NCBI RefSeq assembly: GCF_001194135.2
Contig: NC_068998.1
Location: 55,106,035-55,161,936, forward strand
Length of the DNA: 55,902 bases
Direction of reading: 5' to 3'
From: Octopus bimaculoides
Taxonomy: Eukaryota
The notes below the pieces were generated by a model. It was given only the letters and a program-made list of their open reading frames with translations, had not been told where the DNA came from and ran no database searches. The position numbers and the translations under genes are program-made. Below, one piece after another: positions 26,951 through 45,100 of the stretch (positions within the stretch are counted from its first letter, which is position 1; each line of letters begins with the position of its first letter).

Positions 26951-28634
26951 GTAGTCAATAGATAGTAATTTTTATTCTGTGTTAGTTTTGTAAATAAGGA
27001 TTAATATGAGTAGCAAAGTTTAAAAAACCCCAGTTTTCCTCTCTTCCCCATTCATTGTAGTTTAATGACAAATGTAAACAAGACTGTCACCATTGGAAAC
27101 TCTGATTTCTTATTAATAGATCTGTCATAATCAAGTTTGTTTTAACTTCTATAACTCAACTATTTCATTGACAATGTTTTTATTGAAAATATTTGATTTT
27201 TCCTAGTTTCATGTAAAATTATTGACCACACAAATTCAAACATGAAGACACAATTCCAATCCCCCTAAATGATACCAAAAAGGGTTCATTATATTCATTA
27301 TCTCCAGCTTTGTGCAAGTTAGCCAAACACCTGTGAAACCACCTGATGAAAATATTGACTAAATTTCTACAACAATCACCATTAAAGGCCTGACAATTAT
27401 TATATGGGTAAATGCCAAAATGAAACGAGTCATTTAGGTTGCTCCTATTTCCTCTGCAAAAACTGTCAGCTCTTTTACTCCCGAGTCACACGTGTGGCAT
27501 ATTTGGAGTATTTTACAAATACACCTATGACAGTTTTGCTCAAAGGACTGTAAAATATTTAGTAAATTACTAATTTGTTCAAATGAATTTCCAGTTCAGT
27601 TAAATTTGGAGTGAATATGTTATGTAAAGAGATTGTAAACTAAGGTAGCAAGATTGCATTGAATAGAATGCTTAAGACTGTATATTCCAGCTCTCAGCAT
27701 TTTGAGTTCAAACCTGCCAAAGTCAAATTTACTTTTTGCACTCCAGGCCAGTTTTGGGATCAATCTTTCTAATTTTCTAATTGACTTTGTTCAGACCTGT
27801 AGGGGAGATGATCTCTGCCAGGTTTTGAAATACCCAAACTATGTTGTGTGTGTGTGTACTATATATATATAAATTGTTTCTAGGATCCTCAAATTACTTG
27901 CAAATCACTTGACTATATATAAATATAGACTCAAACTTAAGAAACTAAAATTTCTTTAAAATTTTCTTAATTTGAGACTTGAAATATGGTTTCTTCTACT
28001 TCAGTACAAATTAAGAATTTGATTTTCCTCTCTCTACTATATTTGAATCTAGGGACATTTTAGTTACCTTTTGGGTTGACATTGAATTATCTTGTGTTTC
28101 GATTAGAATGGCTGATAGATTTTTTATATAAACTACTCCTGGCATTTTCAGTTCTAAAAATGTACAAATATATACATGTTATTGATGGATCTTTCTTTCT
28201 TTCTTTCTTTCTTTTAGCAGCTTTATTCCTTTTATTCTCCACATTGTCTAGTTCAATGTTGCTATCAATGACTGGGAGAGTTTAATATGTTTTAAATACT
28301 GCCTCTAACCCTCAAGATTCCAGATGGTAAAACTGATGGAATATTATTATAGACAATGGTTATTAATGTTCGTAAATATTCATAAAACATCCAGCTAAAT
28401 TATCAACACTGAGCTTTTATATCAATTCAGTTTTACATTCTGAAAATTTTATAATGAAAATTATTTTTGACCAAAAAAATTGCAAATTACTAAATTGCTT
28501 AATGAAGACTTTAAACTGTGAGAGACAGTTTGGTCTTAGCAGAGGGAGAGTTTAGAATCTAAAGTTTCCCATAAGGATATTCAATAATGTTTTTATCTCT
28601 AAAGTTATCCTTAGTTTTTGACATCTTGTAGTGT

Positions 28635-28863
28635 TTTCCTAGACTAGTATTGTACTGTTGTTCTTGGACTGGCTCCTGTGCAGGTGGCACGTAAAAAACA
28701 CCATTTTGAGTGTGACCATTGCCAGTACCGCCTGACTGGTCCTCGTGCCAGTGGCACGTAAAAGCACCCACTACACTCTCAGAGTGGTTGGCGTTAGGAA
28801 AGGCATCCAGCTGTAGAAATCTTACCAGCATGGAAAGCAGACGGTAAACGATGATGATGACGA
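28635..28863 (-). mobile_element. Reverse copy of the 381-830 repeat family with an internal deletion
   Basis: Reverse complement catcatcatcgtttaccgtctgctttccatgctgg|taagatttctacagctggatgcc lacks about 75 bp present in the copy at 381. Confidence 0.75.
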
Positions 28864-30364
28864 TGAGGTTAAATCTTATAGAGATGTAGAAACCCAGTTG
28901 TTCTTCATGTAGGAGATTCCTTGCTGATAATGTCAATGTAACCTAAAGGAAAGGCAAACACTGATAACATATCGGCACTGGTGATTATTATTGGAATTAC
29001 CAAAACTATTTTACATTGTTTTCGCAGTTCCTGGTACAAACCTGCTCTGGATTTGAGTAATCCAGAGTAATCCCAAGCTTATTCCTTTGCTGTATCTCAT
29101 AGCAAAAAATTCCATTCATTCATTTATAGCAAAGCTCCACACTCTGAAGTTAATAATTGTCTGAAATTTGGTCAAAGAGAGGAAGGGAATCAGTCCGAAA
29201 GAATCGGTTGATAGGTGTTGTGGCAGGCTAAACAGTGAAAAGTTAATCAGTTTTTAAATCGTATGAAGCCTATATAATAATCAGAAGAGCAAATGAGTTA
29301 CCCCTGGCTCATCTCTTGCCCCACCCCTCCTTCAGTATGCTCCCCCACCAACTGTGCAGTCCTTGGTTTCCTCATTCTAAATTATCATTCAGTGGTTAGA
29401 TGCTGCTGTAAGAAAATGGTTTAGATGAAACTTGATCTACAAAGAGAAAAATTATCTCCAAACAAATATCTAAATAATTTGCAGTCTGCAAAAATAGTAA
29501 GTTCTGAGCAGAAAAACTACTAAAGTAGGTGGTAGTTGTTACCATTATGGCAAAATTGAGGTTGAAACAGAACTCTGCTTGATACTCAATTCAATTAGAA
29601 CAGAACTGGATACCTAATAAAAAAATTATAGAGATACAACTTAATGACTATTGGCTTTCATTGAAAGCACTGCCAACTTTAAGGAGTATCATTTTCTGTA
29701 AAACCAGTGTAACCATATGGAATTTTAATGTAACAGCAATCTAAATATTTATGTAAGCTATGCTGGTAATATTCTTTAGATTATTTTGGTCAAATGAAAG
29801 GAACTTCTTGAGTAGATCTCTCTTCTTTAGAAGAGCAACTGAATCCATGTGCAGCTAAATATCAGTATTAGCAGTATTTAGTTTTAAGAATTCACATCTT
29901 TGCATCTGTTTCTGCTCTCATTATTATCATCCAAGAAACTTATTTCCCTTCTGAAGTATTGAAACATTTAGCCCAGGATCAAAAGATGAATATAAGATAT
30001 AAGGAAATCAAGAATGTAATTTCATTTTTATAAGGAAATTCATTGTTCTAAGCTAGTAAATTTGGACAACTCTTCAATTGAATCTGATTTACAGACAATT
30101 ACAATGATTGAAAGAAAAGATCTCACACCTGTACTGCCATAGAGAGAGAACTGGACACAAGGTTCCAAAAGAAATTCTAATAGAAGTTTGATTCAAAATG
30201 AAACCGAGAAGAATTAAAAGTTTGAAGAAACGTTTTGTATTGGTAGAATTTTTCCAATCTTAAGATATTTCCTTAATTTTTTTAGTGCCTTTCTAATACT
30301 TCAGTGTTTTTAACTGTTTTTTAAAAATTTTATTATCTAACTGCTTTCCAAACTTTGATTTCAG

Positions 30365-30472
30365 GTCCAAAGAAAGATGCACAAGCTGCCAGAGAATTCA
30401 TATTGCGAATGTTTGTTGATTTAAACCCAGATCCTGATAAAATTATATATAGTCATTTCACATGTGCAACAG
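30365..30472 (+). CDS. GNAQ: Galpha-q exon 7A (108 nt), canonical-type alpha4-beta6-TCAT exon
   Basis: Branch point-like CTAAC at 30337-30341; acceptor tgatttcag|GT CCA; encodes [36 protein letters not shown]; donor ACAG|gtatgt. Closely resembles the canonical metazoan Gq sequence ([15 protein letters not shown]..[11 protein letters not shown]). Confidence 0.96.
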
Positions 30473-30528
30473 GTATGTCTTGTTAAGATTCCTCATTTCA
30501 CGCTTCATCTGTACTCATCTGATTTCAG

Positions 30529-30636
30529 GGCCCAAGTGTGATTATAATGCTGCCCGAGAGTACATGATGAATTGTTACATGGACCTCAATGAAGATAAGG
30601 AAAAAATGCTTTATTACCATTATACTTGTGCAACAG
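30529..30636 (+). CDS. GNAQ: Galpha-q exon 7B (108 nt), divergent duplicate; alternative to 7A
   Basis: Acceptor tgatttcag|GG CCC; encodes GPKCDYNAAREYMMNCYMDLNEDKEKMLYYHYTCAT; donor ACAG|gtatgt. Same length and phase as 7A, no stops, TCAT intact. Confidence 0.94.
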
Positions 30637-31303
30637 GTATGTGAGACTAAGCACAAAAAAAAAAAAAAAAAAAACAAATAGGAGAATAGTAGCAGCCAGC
30701 ACAGTTGTCTCCCTTCGCTGTTCACCTCGCCAGCTCTGAAATAGTTTTCCTATGTCATAAGTGTGAAGAAATGCGGCTGACATTTCTATTCCTGGCTTTC
30801 AACTATAGATCCGGTTTCCAAAATACAACACATTTCCCTTAGTACAATACAATTATGGTATTTGAGTTAATGCTTTTAGATTTTAGTCTTTGTAACTTCA
30901 AAGATGCACAAACATTGCAAAATCCTATTGTTGAAATTTGTATACAATGTTCCTTTTTATGTTTAGATCTGATATTTTGTAGTAACCTCCAAATTTTGTG
31001 GCTCTTTCCCAGCTGGTTTTTTTAAAGAACCAAATACCCATTAATTAGAAATTAGCTTCCCTAAATATTGGTGCTAAAATTTATCCCATTTTGGTGCTTG
31101 CTTTTAATGTAATGTGAAAAAATTTGGTATCCTGCAAACTGTTCATGTTTAGAGAATTAGATGTAACTTGGATATAACAAGTTATTTTGAGCAAAATGTT
31201 TAAATACGTTGTGTCAGGTAAAATTAGCTTCATAAGACTGTTGGTACAAAAATATAACACACAGTGAAATAATACCATATATATATATTATAGTAATATT
31301 TAG

Positions 31304-31575
31304 GGGTTAGGGCATTGCACTCATGGTCACTCCATCATGGGTTCCACTCCCAGGTTGAATGATGTGTTGTGATCTTGAGCAAAACATTTAATTTCACATT
31401 GCCCCAGTCCACTCAGCTGCAAATGGATGAGAGCCCTGCAACAGACTGGCCTTCCAATCAGGAGTGTTAGCCCTGCTTGCCTCGACAGTAGGGTGGCATC
31501 GTTCAAAAGCTAAAACAATGCAAAGTGCATTGTGACCAGCAATGTATAACATCCAATAGTCTGGTCAATCACCTG
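31304..31575 (+). mobile_element. SINE-like repeat (different family)
   Basis: tRNA-like head followed by gatcttgagcaaaacatttaatttcacattgccccagtccactcagctg, a core typical of tRNA-derived SINEs; ends in (TATC)n. Confidence 0.5.
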
Positions 31576-32699
31576 ATATCTATCTATCTATCTATATATT
31601 ATAACTGTTTGGTTACTTTTGTAAACAGTAGCAAGGATGCTAAATGGTAAATTCGATGTAGAACTGACAGTACACTTTTTTTTTAAAACTAGGGTTGCTA
31701 TCGTAAATGATTAGCATAACATTTTATCTTCAAAAATATCAGAAATAAAGAAAAATAAATATTGAGAGATAAATGTTGAAATTAGTTAAAATATTAGCTA
31801 AACTCTTGAGTTTATGAAGACTAAATTTAATTTTTACTTAATTTTCAAATGGATTCCTAACTTAATCTGGGATTATTTTTATATAACAGAAACTAGCAAT
31901 ATGAAAGGATTCTGACCAGAATATCTTTAAAGAACTTATTTAAAAATAACAAATTAAGCAAACAAATATTAATAAGGATTTGTCATACTTTTTGCTTTGT
32001 TTGAAAATTAAATCCTATTAAAATGGTAATTTTAATGTTTAGTAATAGCAATTGTATTATCAGGTAGTTTGTGTGGGAAGAAATTCTTGTCTAAAGAATT
32101 TATTTTTGTGAATATTTTTTATGAAGGATAGAAAAATATTTTTGTTAAAGTTGAATATTTTTGTTGGATATTTTGACATTGAAGATTTTGATAGAAAGCT
32201 GTTGATATTTGTATTTTCATTTCAAAATTTACAAAAATAACTGTTCTTGTTCAGGTTCAACATCCTGTGGTCAGCTTTCACTACTCCTCCATCTGTTTTA
32301 CTCAGTCTTCTTTCATAGTTTCCTTCCATTTGGACCCCCAGATATTTCTTTACTCATCTCTCGTGATCCATACACATTACATGTCCCGACCAATGCATTC
32401 TTCTTCACTACTTCTGATTTTTTTTTTTTTGTATCTAGTTTTTCTCTTCGCTCACCTGTCCCTCATCATTCATCCATTCTAACATTAAACATCCAACATG
32501 TGTTCTTCATTTTCTTTCCAACTTTCACCCATCATCTCCATTCAGTAGCCATGTCTCACTACCATTCAACAACACACCTTGTACGCAAGCAGCATACAAC
32601 TCTGTCCTTCACTTTGTTGCTTGCATAGGTAATAGTTCCCTAAAAGATTTTGTTTCTATGTCTGGAATTCCTTCTCTAAATCATCCACAAAATCATCAG

Positions 32700-33570
32700 G
32701 ATACAGAATTTCCCATGGACAATGGGTCTTAAACTCCTCTGTTATGTTTAATAAAAAATAACTTATTTACCTAAATTTCAACATCATCTCCTTTGAAATT
32801 GTGACCTTGCACAGCAGCAATACACGGGTCCCAGTGTTCCTGCCACTTTTGGAATCCAACTTGGAAGTCATTTTCTGAAAGCAAGTCAAGGACCTTCTGC
32901 GATTCATTCTTGATCTTGACAATGGTGTTAAAACGACAACCTTTAAGCTGCATTAGCATCTTGGAGAAGTGATGGAAGTCCACGGGTGCTAAATCTAGCA
33001 AATAGGGTGGGTGCAGAACTGGTACCATGTTGTTTTTGGCAAGAAACTCATGGAGAGCTTGGTGACAGGGGGCATTGTCGCCATGAAGAAGAATCCAATT
33101 CTTCGCGCTCTACAGATCCAGTTGCTTTTACCGAATCTCCTCCCTCAAACACTTCAAAGCATTGTTGTCTTGTGATGATCCTCATGAATCTTCACCACAT
33201 TTCCAGGGGTGACATCCAGGGCAAGTCTTCCGGATCGCTCATCATCTTCCAGGGACGTTCTTCAGCTTTTCAGGTTCCCCTGCCACTCAAAACACTGCAT
33301 ACAACCCATTGCCTTGTCACCAGAAGCTTGCCAAAGCAGACTTCCCAAGTGTAACACAAAATTTCACATTAGTTCTTTGTTCCAATTTCCTCTCCATGAC
33401 AAAAATCACAGACTACTGCAGGCACATGATCACAAAAACACTTAGGAAGTAAGTGCAGGGATGTCACTCAGCACATTACCTCATCAAGGTTACTGCTAGC
33501 TCTTACCATGTGTTGCCATCTGTTGGCACACTACAAAACTAGTCTGAGAACTTTCTGATACCACCTCGTA
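32700..33570 (-). mobile_element. Mariner DNA transposon relic in intron 7
   Basis: ORF 32771..33028(-) contains HPPYLLDLAPVDF (mariner HPPYSPDLAPxDF motif) and FQKWQEHWDPCI. The terminus ...ctttctgataccacctcgTA at 33570 is a mariner-type TIR with TA. Confidence 0.9.
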
Positions 33571-34667
33571 AAATAATCTTTGCAGCTGACATATTTAGTT
33601 TTTAATGACCAAAAATGTTTGGGGTTTTTTTTTCTGTGTTTGTTGAATAATATATCTGCTTTGTCTGCCAGAGAGTCTGCATTGGACACAGAACTCTGTC
33701 CATTTTGTTTTTGGTCTCTCTGAAAGCCACACCTTATTTTGAAGATTGTTCCATGCTGCCAGGATTTGTTTGCAGTGAGTGACTTACACTGATGACCCTA
33801 ATCTCAACGGCACTTTTCACTGTTTACTCCTAATTTTGTGTTACAAGTGGTGCTTGTTAAACGATGGCAGACTTTTGTTGCTATTTGATGCTTCTGGAAG
33901 CCAGTCAGCGGCTTTAACATTCTCACAGGATTAAGAAACTACAATTGTTCCTGCAGTTAACTTTTGTCCACTTTTTATTGTACTGTGACGTTGATTTAGT
34001 AATTGGAGATTTTTATTAAGCATGTTATGATATTATCTCGACAGATGTGGGGCTATTAAACAGTCCTATCTGAAGTTTAGATCAGTGTCCTTCGGCTTCA
34101 GATTGTCACTCCTAAATATAACGGGGCAATCCTAAGATTAATCTTCACATAAGAACAATGCAAGAAAATACTTCTAAACAGCTGCAACCTTTTTTTAAAA
34201 AAAATTTAAAAAAAAAAAATTTTTTTTAAATCTAAAAATAGCCTTATACATACCAGCTTACTTGGTTTGAACTAACTCTCTCTCTCTCCTCCACTTATCT
34301 GTTAGATTTACTACAACTGCTAATCATTTTTCCCTCTTTTCATCTCACACTTTATCATCTTCACATAAATCCATTGAATCTCTCTTCCTCGTGATGCCAC
34401 CAATTTTTCTCTACTAAACAATGATGATGATGATGAGGAATATATCCTTTCATGTGTCATCCAGACTAAGCAGTAACATCCCTCATAACTGTCAGTGTTG
34501 GAGAGTTTATAAAAGCTATGGACAGATCCCTTTCTCAGGCCATCAAAAGTAAACCATACACATCTATCCTAATCATCATTCTTGCCAACATTTCTCCATG
34601 CTTACTTGATTGTGCTGATCTGCTGTACAGCAAACTTGCCATTCTTTTTACCGAAAATTTAGCTTCA

Positions 34668-34717
<50 letters not shown>

Positions 34718-36466
34718 TTGTTTTCTTGTCATTAGTGTCTTCCGTAGATCACCACTTTTCCAACCACCACCACTCACCTTTTCATTTTATATTTCCATAT
34801 CAGTTTTTTTCTCTCCTACATGCTTTTATTTCTGGTATTAAAAAATAGGTAAGATACAATTTCAGTTGGCATTCCAGTCTCTGGAATAAAGATCTCTTGT
34901 TTAATACGGGGAAATATCAGAGGATTATGTTAAAATGGCAGCAACACTGAAGAAGCAAGCCAAGAACAGCTTCGGTTTTTGAGATATGATAATTTAGAGC
35001 TGTTAATTATTGTGTGTATTGATGCTTTTTCTTGGAGATATTTCAATATTTTAGTAGCTAGGAAAAGATATTGGAACAATAGCAAAGCACATCTTGGTCT
35101 GAAGAAAGCTAAGTCAGCAAATCTTGTCTTTGTAATTCTGTGTTGAGAAACTCCTTCAGGTGTTCCAGTTTCATGTACTCCTGGAAAGCTGATATAGCTC
35201 ATATATAGTGGAAGTGCAGGCTTATGAGATCCCTTCTTTATTGCCAAGGGGTAATCAACCTGTCTGGTATTGAAGCCCTGAGAAAATGCCCCCAGTCTGC
35301 ACTGTTAAAGTGGTTTTGTGGTAGGAGGAAGGGCATCCATTCATGGATACCAAATCAGTTGCCTTGTATGGACATCTATTGATTCATTCCAACATGGGAA
35401 GCAGATGTAAAAATGGGCGAGGATGATATATTCCACACCAATTTCCATCGTCATCATTTAATGCGTTTTCCATGCTGCCTTGTGTTCCTCTGTATGACTT
35501 ACCATTGTTGTTACGTCTTAACTTACAGCAGAAATAATCTTTTTCTCTTCATACAAAAGACCAAGATTGTTGATATTTTAAGCAAATAACAAAGCTTTTC
35601 TTCTCAAAATGTTGATTGCTCATTTATTATTCCCCAAATATATTTGATTTTCTTTTCTCTTCTGCTCCTGTTGACACCATTTGTTTAAATCAGTTCATTT
35701 ACTCTTTGTATCCCTCTTATTTGGATCAAAGGAGTAAAAATATGACCTAATCCTTGTGTACATATATTTCCATGTGTAGCACCACCTCACCCAGAAAAAA
35801 AAAACCTCAAAAAGAATGAGAAATGATGGTGTTTGGTGGGGAACTTGAACTCCACTGCCAACTGATGTCAGATGTTCAAAGATCACTGAGAAAATAATTA
35901 TTCTCTGTTCTTGATTTTAGATTCATTCTATAATCACTCTTTTACCAAAAGTCAGGGAATTACATTGGTCAGCATGTCCTTTCATTTTTAAGATGGTAGA
36001 GTGTGATTTGAGGAAAATTTAGCTGCCATTTCCAGCAGATTGACCAACAATTTAGACACACCATTGCTGACTACAATAAGCTTGGTAAAGCAAATCCGAA
36101 GTTGTGGAATAGTTTAGATGTTGACAAATGGTTTGGTTACAGGTTCAATTTCTATTCTGCGTCTTTTTTTTTTTTTTTTTTGGAAAGAATCCTTTACCAA
36201 AACATCAGGTTAACAAATGTGTTGAGCAGAATTTAGCTGAGGAGAAACTCTGTGTGAACTAAACTCAAATCTAATAATTTGTGCCCAACGTCTTCTTGAC
36301 TAATTAATATCTCTTCAAATTAGAATTTGTTTTTAGCCATTTTCATGTCTAATTTTGCATCATTGAAACAGTTTCTTTTCCAGATGACGCTTGGTTCCTC
36401 CAAATGATGAGCGTAAGAATTATTTTATGAAATTTTTTTTTTGTTTTCACTTTATATTATATTTGA

Positions 36467-42130
<5,664 letters not shown>

Positions 42131-45100
42131 TATCAAAAAAGATAACTGGAAAAAGCCCACTTAATATTTTGTTGTTACATTCTACTACTGTTATTAAAAG
42201 TAGCTTCTGATCACATGTTTTTTACTGTTCCCTGCTGTACTCTAGTATTTTAGTTGCTACCTACTTTGGCTATTCATCAGTATATTTTAGTGAACTTTTG
42301 TTTATTTGTGTGTGTGTGTGTGTGTGTGATGCTTATTTTATTTTCAGATACATCAATACAGTTAGACTTATTTTAATGTTCCTATTTGACTTTTTCCTCT
42401 CATCACAAAACATTTTGTACATTTTTAAACATTAAACAATAATCACAGGGAAGCTTCCTGGTCATAAAGAAACCAGTCTTTTCTAATAGACATTAACACA
42501 ATCCTTCATTCTTTTGGCTGCCTGGGTTCTTGTTGTTGTTTGTGAGGGCAGTTACCAGAACAATTACCAAATATTCTATTAGCAGTTATGGTTTCTTACA
42601 TAGGCTCAAAGAGTGAAGTTAGAGGGTGACAGAATATGGACTTGTGAAATTGATGTTGTTCTCAAGAATATTTGTGATGGGATTTAAGGTGAAATAGTTC
42701 CAACAAAGCATTAACTCATTTGGCCAAGAAACTATTACCAATCAGTTGTACCAACATACACTGGAATAATACCAATAGTTATTCTTTTTCACAGGCTGTT
42801 TTATATATTCCACTTTGAGATGTCACTAATAATTTGACACTTTCTCTACAGATAACTGTCAGTTGTTAATTAATTACACCGTATGATAAGGTTAATAATA
42901 ATAACATGTGGTGGCACAAATTTCAAGTTCCACCTTCACTGATGAGAAAGAATCATTAGTTTAAAGAAAACAACCATTCATGTTATCATTTTATAGCTGC
43001 TATTTTCAGAGGTTATTTTTTTTAATGCTACCCTAACCTAACCTCAAATATGTTTGGGTGAAGTTCTTGAGACTTTTTGGTCATTTTCTCCATCAAACAA
43101 CTGAATCAAGTTTTCACAGACAGCCCTTAACTCTGCCACTCCTTGTAATTCTAGTTTTTTTTAACAATACTGAGATGGTTTTCTTACTCTTTCAATTCCT
43201 TATGATCTTTTATTTTTTTAAATACAAATTTAAATAACTTAAAGATATATTCACACATAAATTTTATTACACACTGAAGCTATTTACTATAACATACTAA
43301 AAGAATTTCTTTTTTTTTTTTTTGTCTCTTATTCCAAGGTAATGTTTCCTAAGCATTCATAAGTTATTTGCTAGTTTTAGTTTTCTCTGGGTTTCCATAT
43401 TGTCATTTTCTTCTTCCTTTGATCTGAGATGTTTGGGCTATCATACCAGTTCAATCCATACTTGAGATGCTTTGCTGAGGGACATTTTTACTACAATGCT
43501 TTTAGACAATAACAGATTAGGATTAGGGTTTTTCTTTTGATCCAGGTATTTCAGTTTTGCTTTGAGCAAAAGTTATTCCAGAACTTTTAACTCTATCAGT
43601 ATGGAATGGTATAATTTTTATTCCTCTTAATATTTGTGATGTTTCTTTGAAATACTATTCAATGAGAGAAATCTCTACGTCGTTGCCCAACCTGCAAGAA
43701 ACAGCAGTCAAATCTCCCTCTGAGAAAATGGAAGGGATACATGTGTGTATGTTAAACAAAAGCCTCAGTAGCATTGGTCTATTTGTGGTGATTTTTCAAG
43801 GATTCAAACTGTGTACATATATAGGTGTGTTACACACAACTATGTGTGTGTAGGATGGAAATGCTACTTCAAACCCAGTTTCTGAATTCCACCATTTGTG
43901 CTCCTATTGAATGCATTGAGTTCTTACTGATTCCTCTGTTTTGTTTTTTTTTCTTTTTCTTCTAAAATTGCTTTTGCTACAGAATAAAATTAAGGCAAGG
44001 CCATATAGAATTTCCTTGTATCAATTTAGTTTCAAAGCTGGTTAAACATTCTATGGTGAATCTTTATAAACTAGTTCCAGTTTCACCATCTATTCATGCT
44101 ACCTAATCCATTTCACCAGATGAATTACGTATATATGTCCGAGGAAAATAGCCTGAGTTTGGAAGTATATCTTAACATGGAATTTACCTACTGCCATGTC
44201 TTATGACAAAACCAAAACTTAAAAAGTACATTTTAAATAATTCAGTTTTGTAATTCTTTCCAATCTTAGCCATGGAAACATAAATCCTGCCTTTGTATTT
44301 CATGGTCGATGCTATTTAACATAGGTTATAGAAACTGTGATGATTAAATCTAACCTTATTATTGTTAAGATATTCCAGGGTTTGTTTTTTGTGTGTGTGT
44401 GTGTGTGTGTGGTTTTTTGTTTTGTTTTTTAAGAAAATCCAATAAAAATTCTTAACACTTGTTCTGCAAGATTTCTAAGTTAAGGCAATGGCATTGGTTC
44501 TCTTTGGTTCCCCTCCTACACTCACACATATTTGCCATTCTGCTTCTGATAGCAATGGGACAAGTTTTTCGGTTGGTTTAAAGTGCCAATTTATCAATAT
44601 ATCTGAAAGTGACTGGATAGTTAAGCATTCATTAAAATAACTGCCAATATGTTCGTTAAGGGCAGTAATTGCAAGTAAAAGCTTTTTATCTCAAGACTGG
44701 TTTCATGTCTTTTTCAGGACAATAGAAACATTTGAATTCTGCAAAACCATTCCATTGTTTAACATCCAAAACCTAGATGTAAATAAGTTTCAGGAGGAAC
44801 TACAATTAATCACTACAGCCATATGAAAACTGCTGAAGAAACGATGCATTGTTCAAAGTGCTGAGTTATCAAGTTGTGAAGGAAAGAAACATAAAAGACA
44901 CAACTTGAATATGTCTTCCATCAATATTGCGCAACAACTTGTATTTAAGTGTGTTTGATTTATGCTCCGTGCCTTTATAACAGTTATTATTCAGTTCTGT
45001 TTTAATTGTAGGAATTGATGCTTCACTAGTGAATAGGTGGGAATCTGTGTTGTAGCTTGACTTAGAAAAAGTAGACAATTCTTCCTCAGCACCCATTTAA

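Noticed and set aside
30462-30644. ORF-track entry suggesting a standalone 60-aa protein
   Set aside because: It is exon 7B read with flanking intron; its N-terminus is spacer sequence.
34930-35247. 105-codon antisense ORF in intron 7
   Set aside because: No recognisable motif on either strand; probably chance or a decayed repeat.
44869-45096. 75-codon minus-strand ORF (MGAEEELSTF...)
   Set aside because: No recognisable family and no linked exons; the length is within chance expectation.
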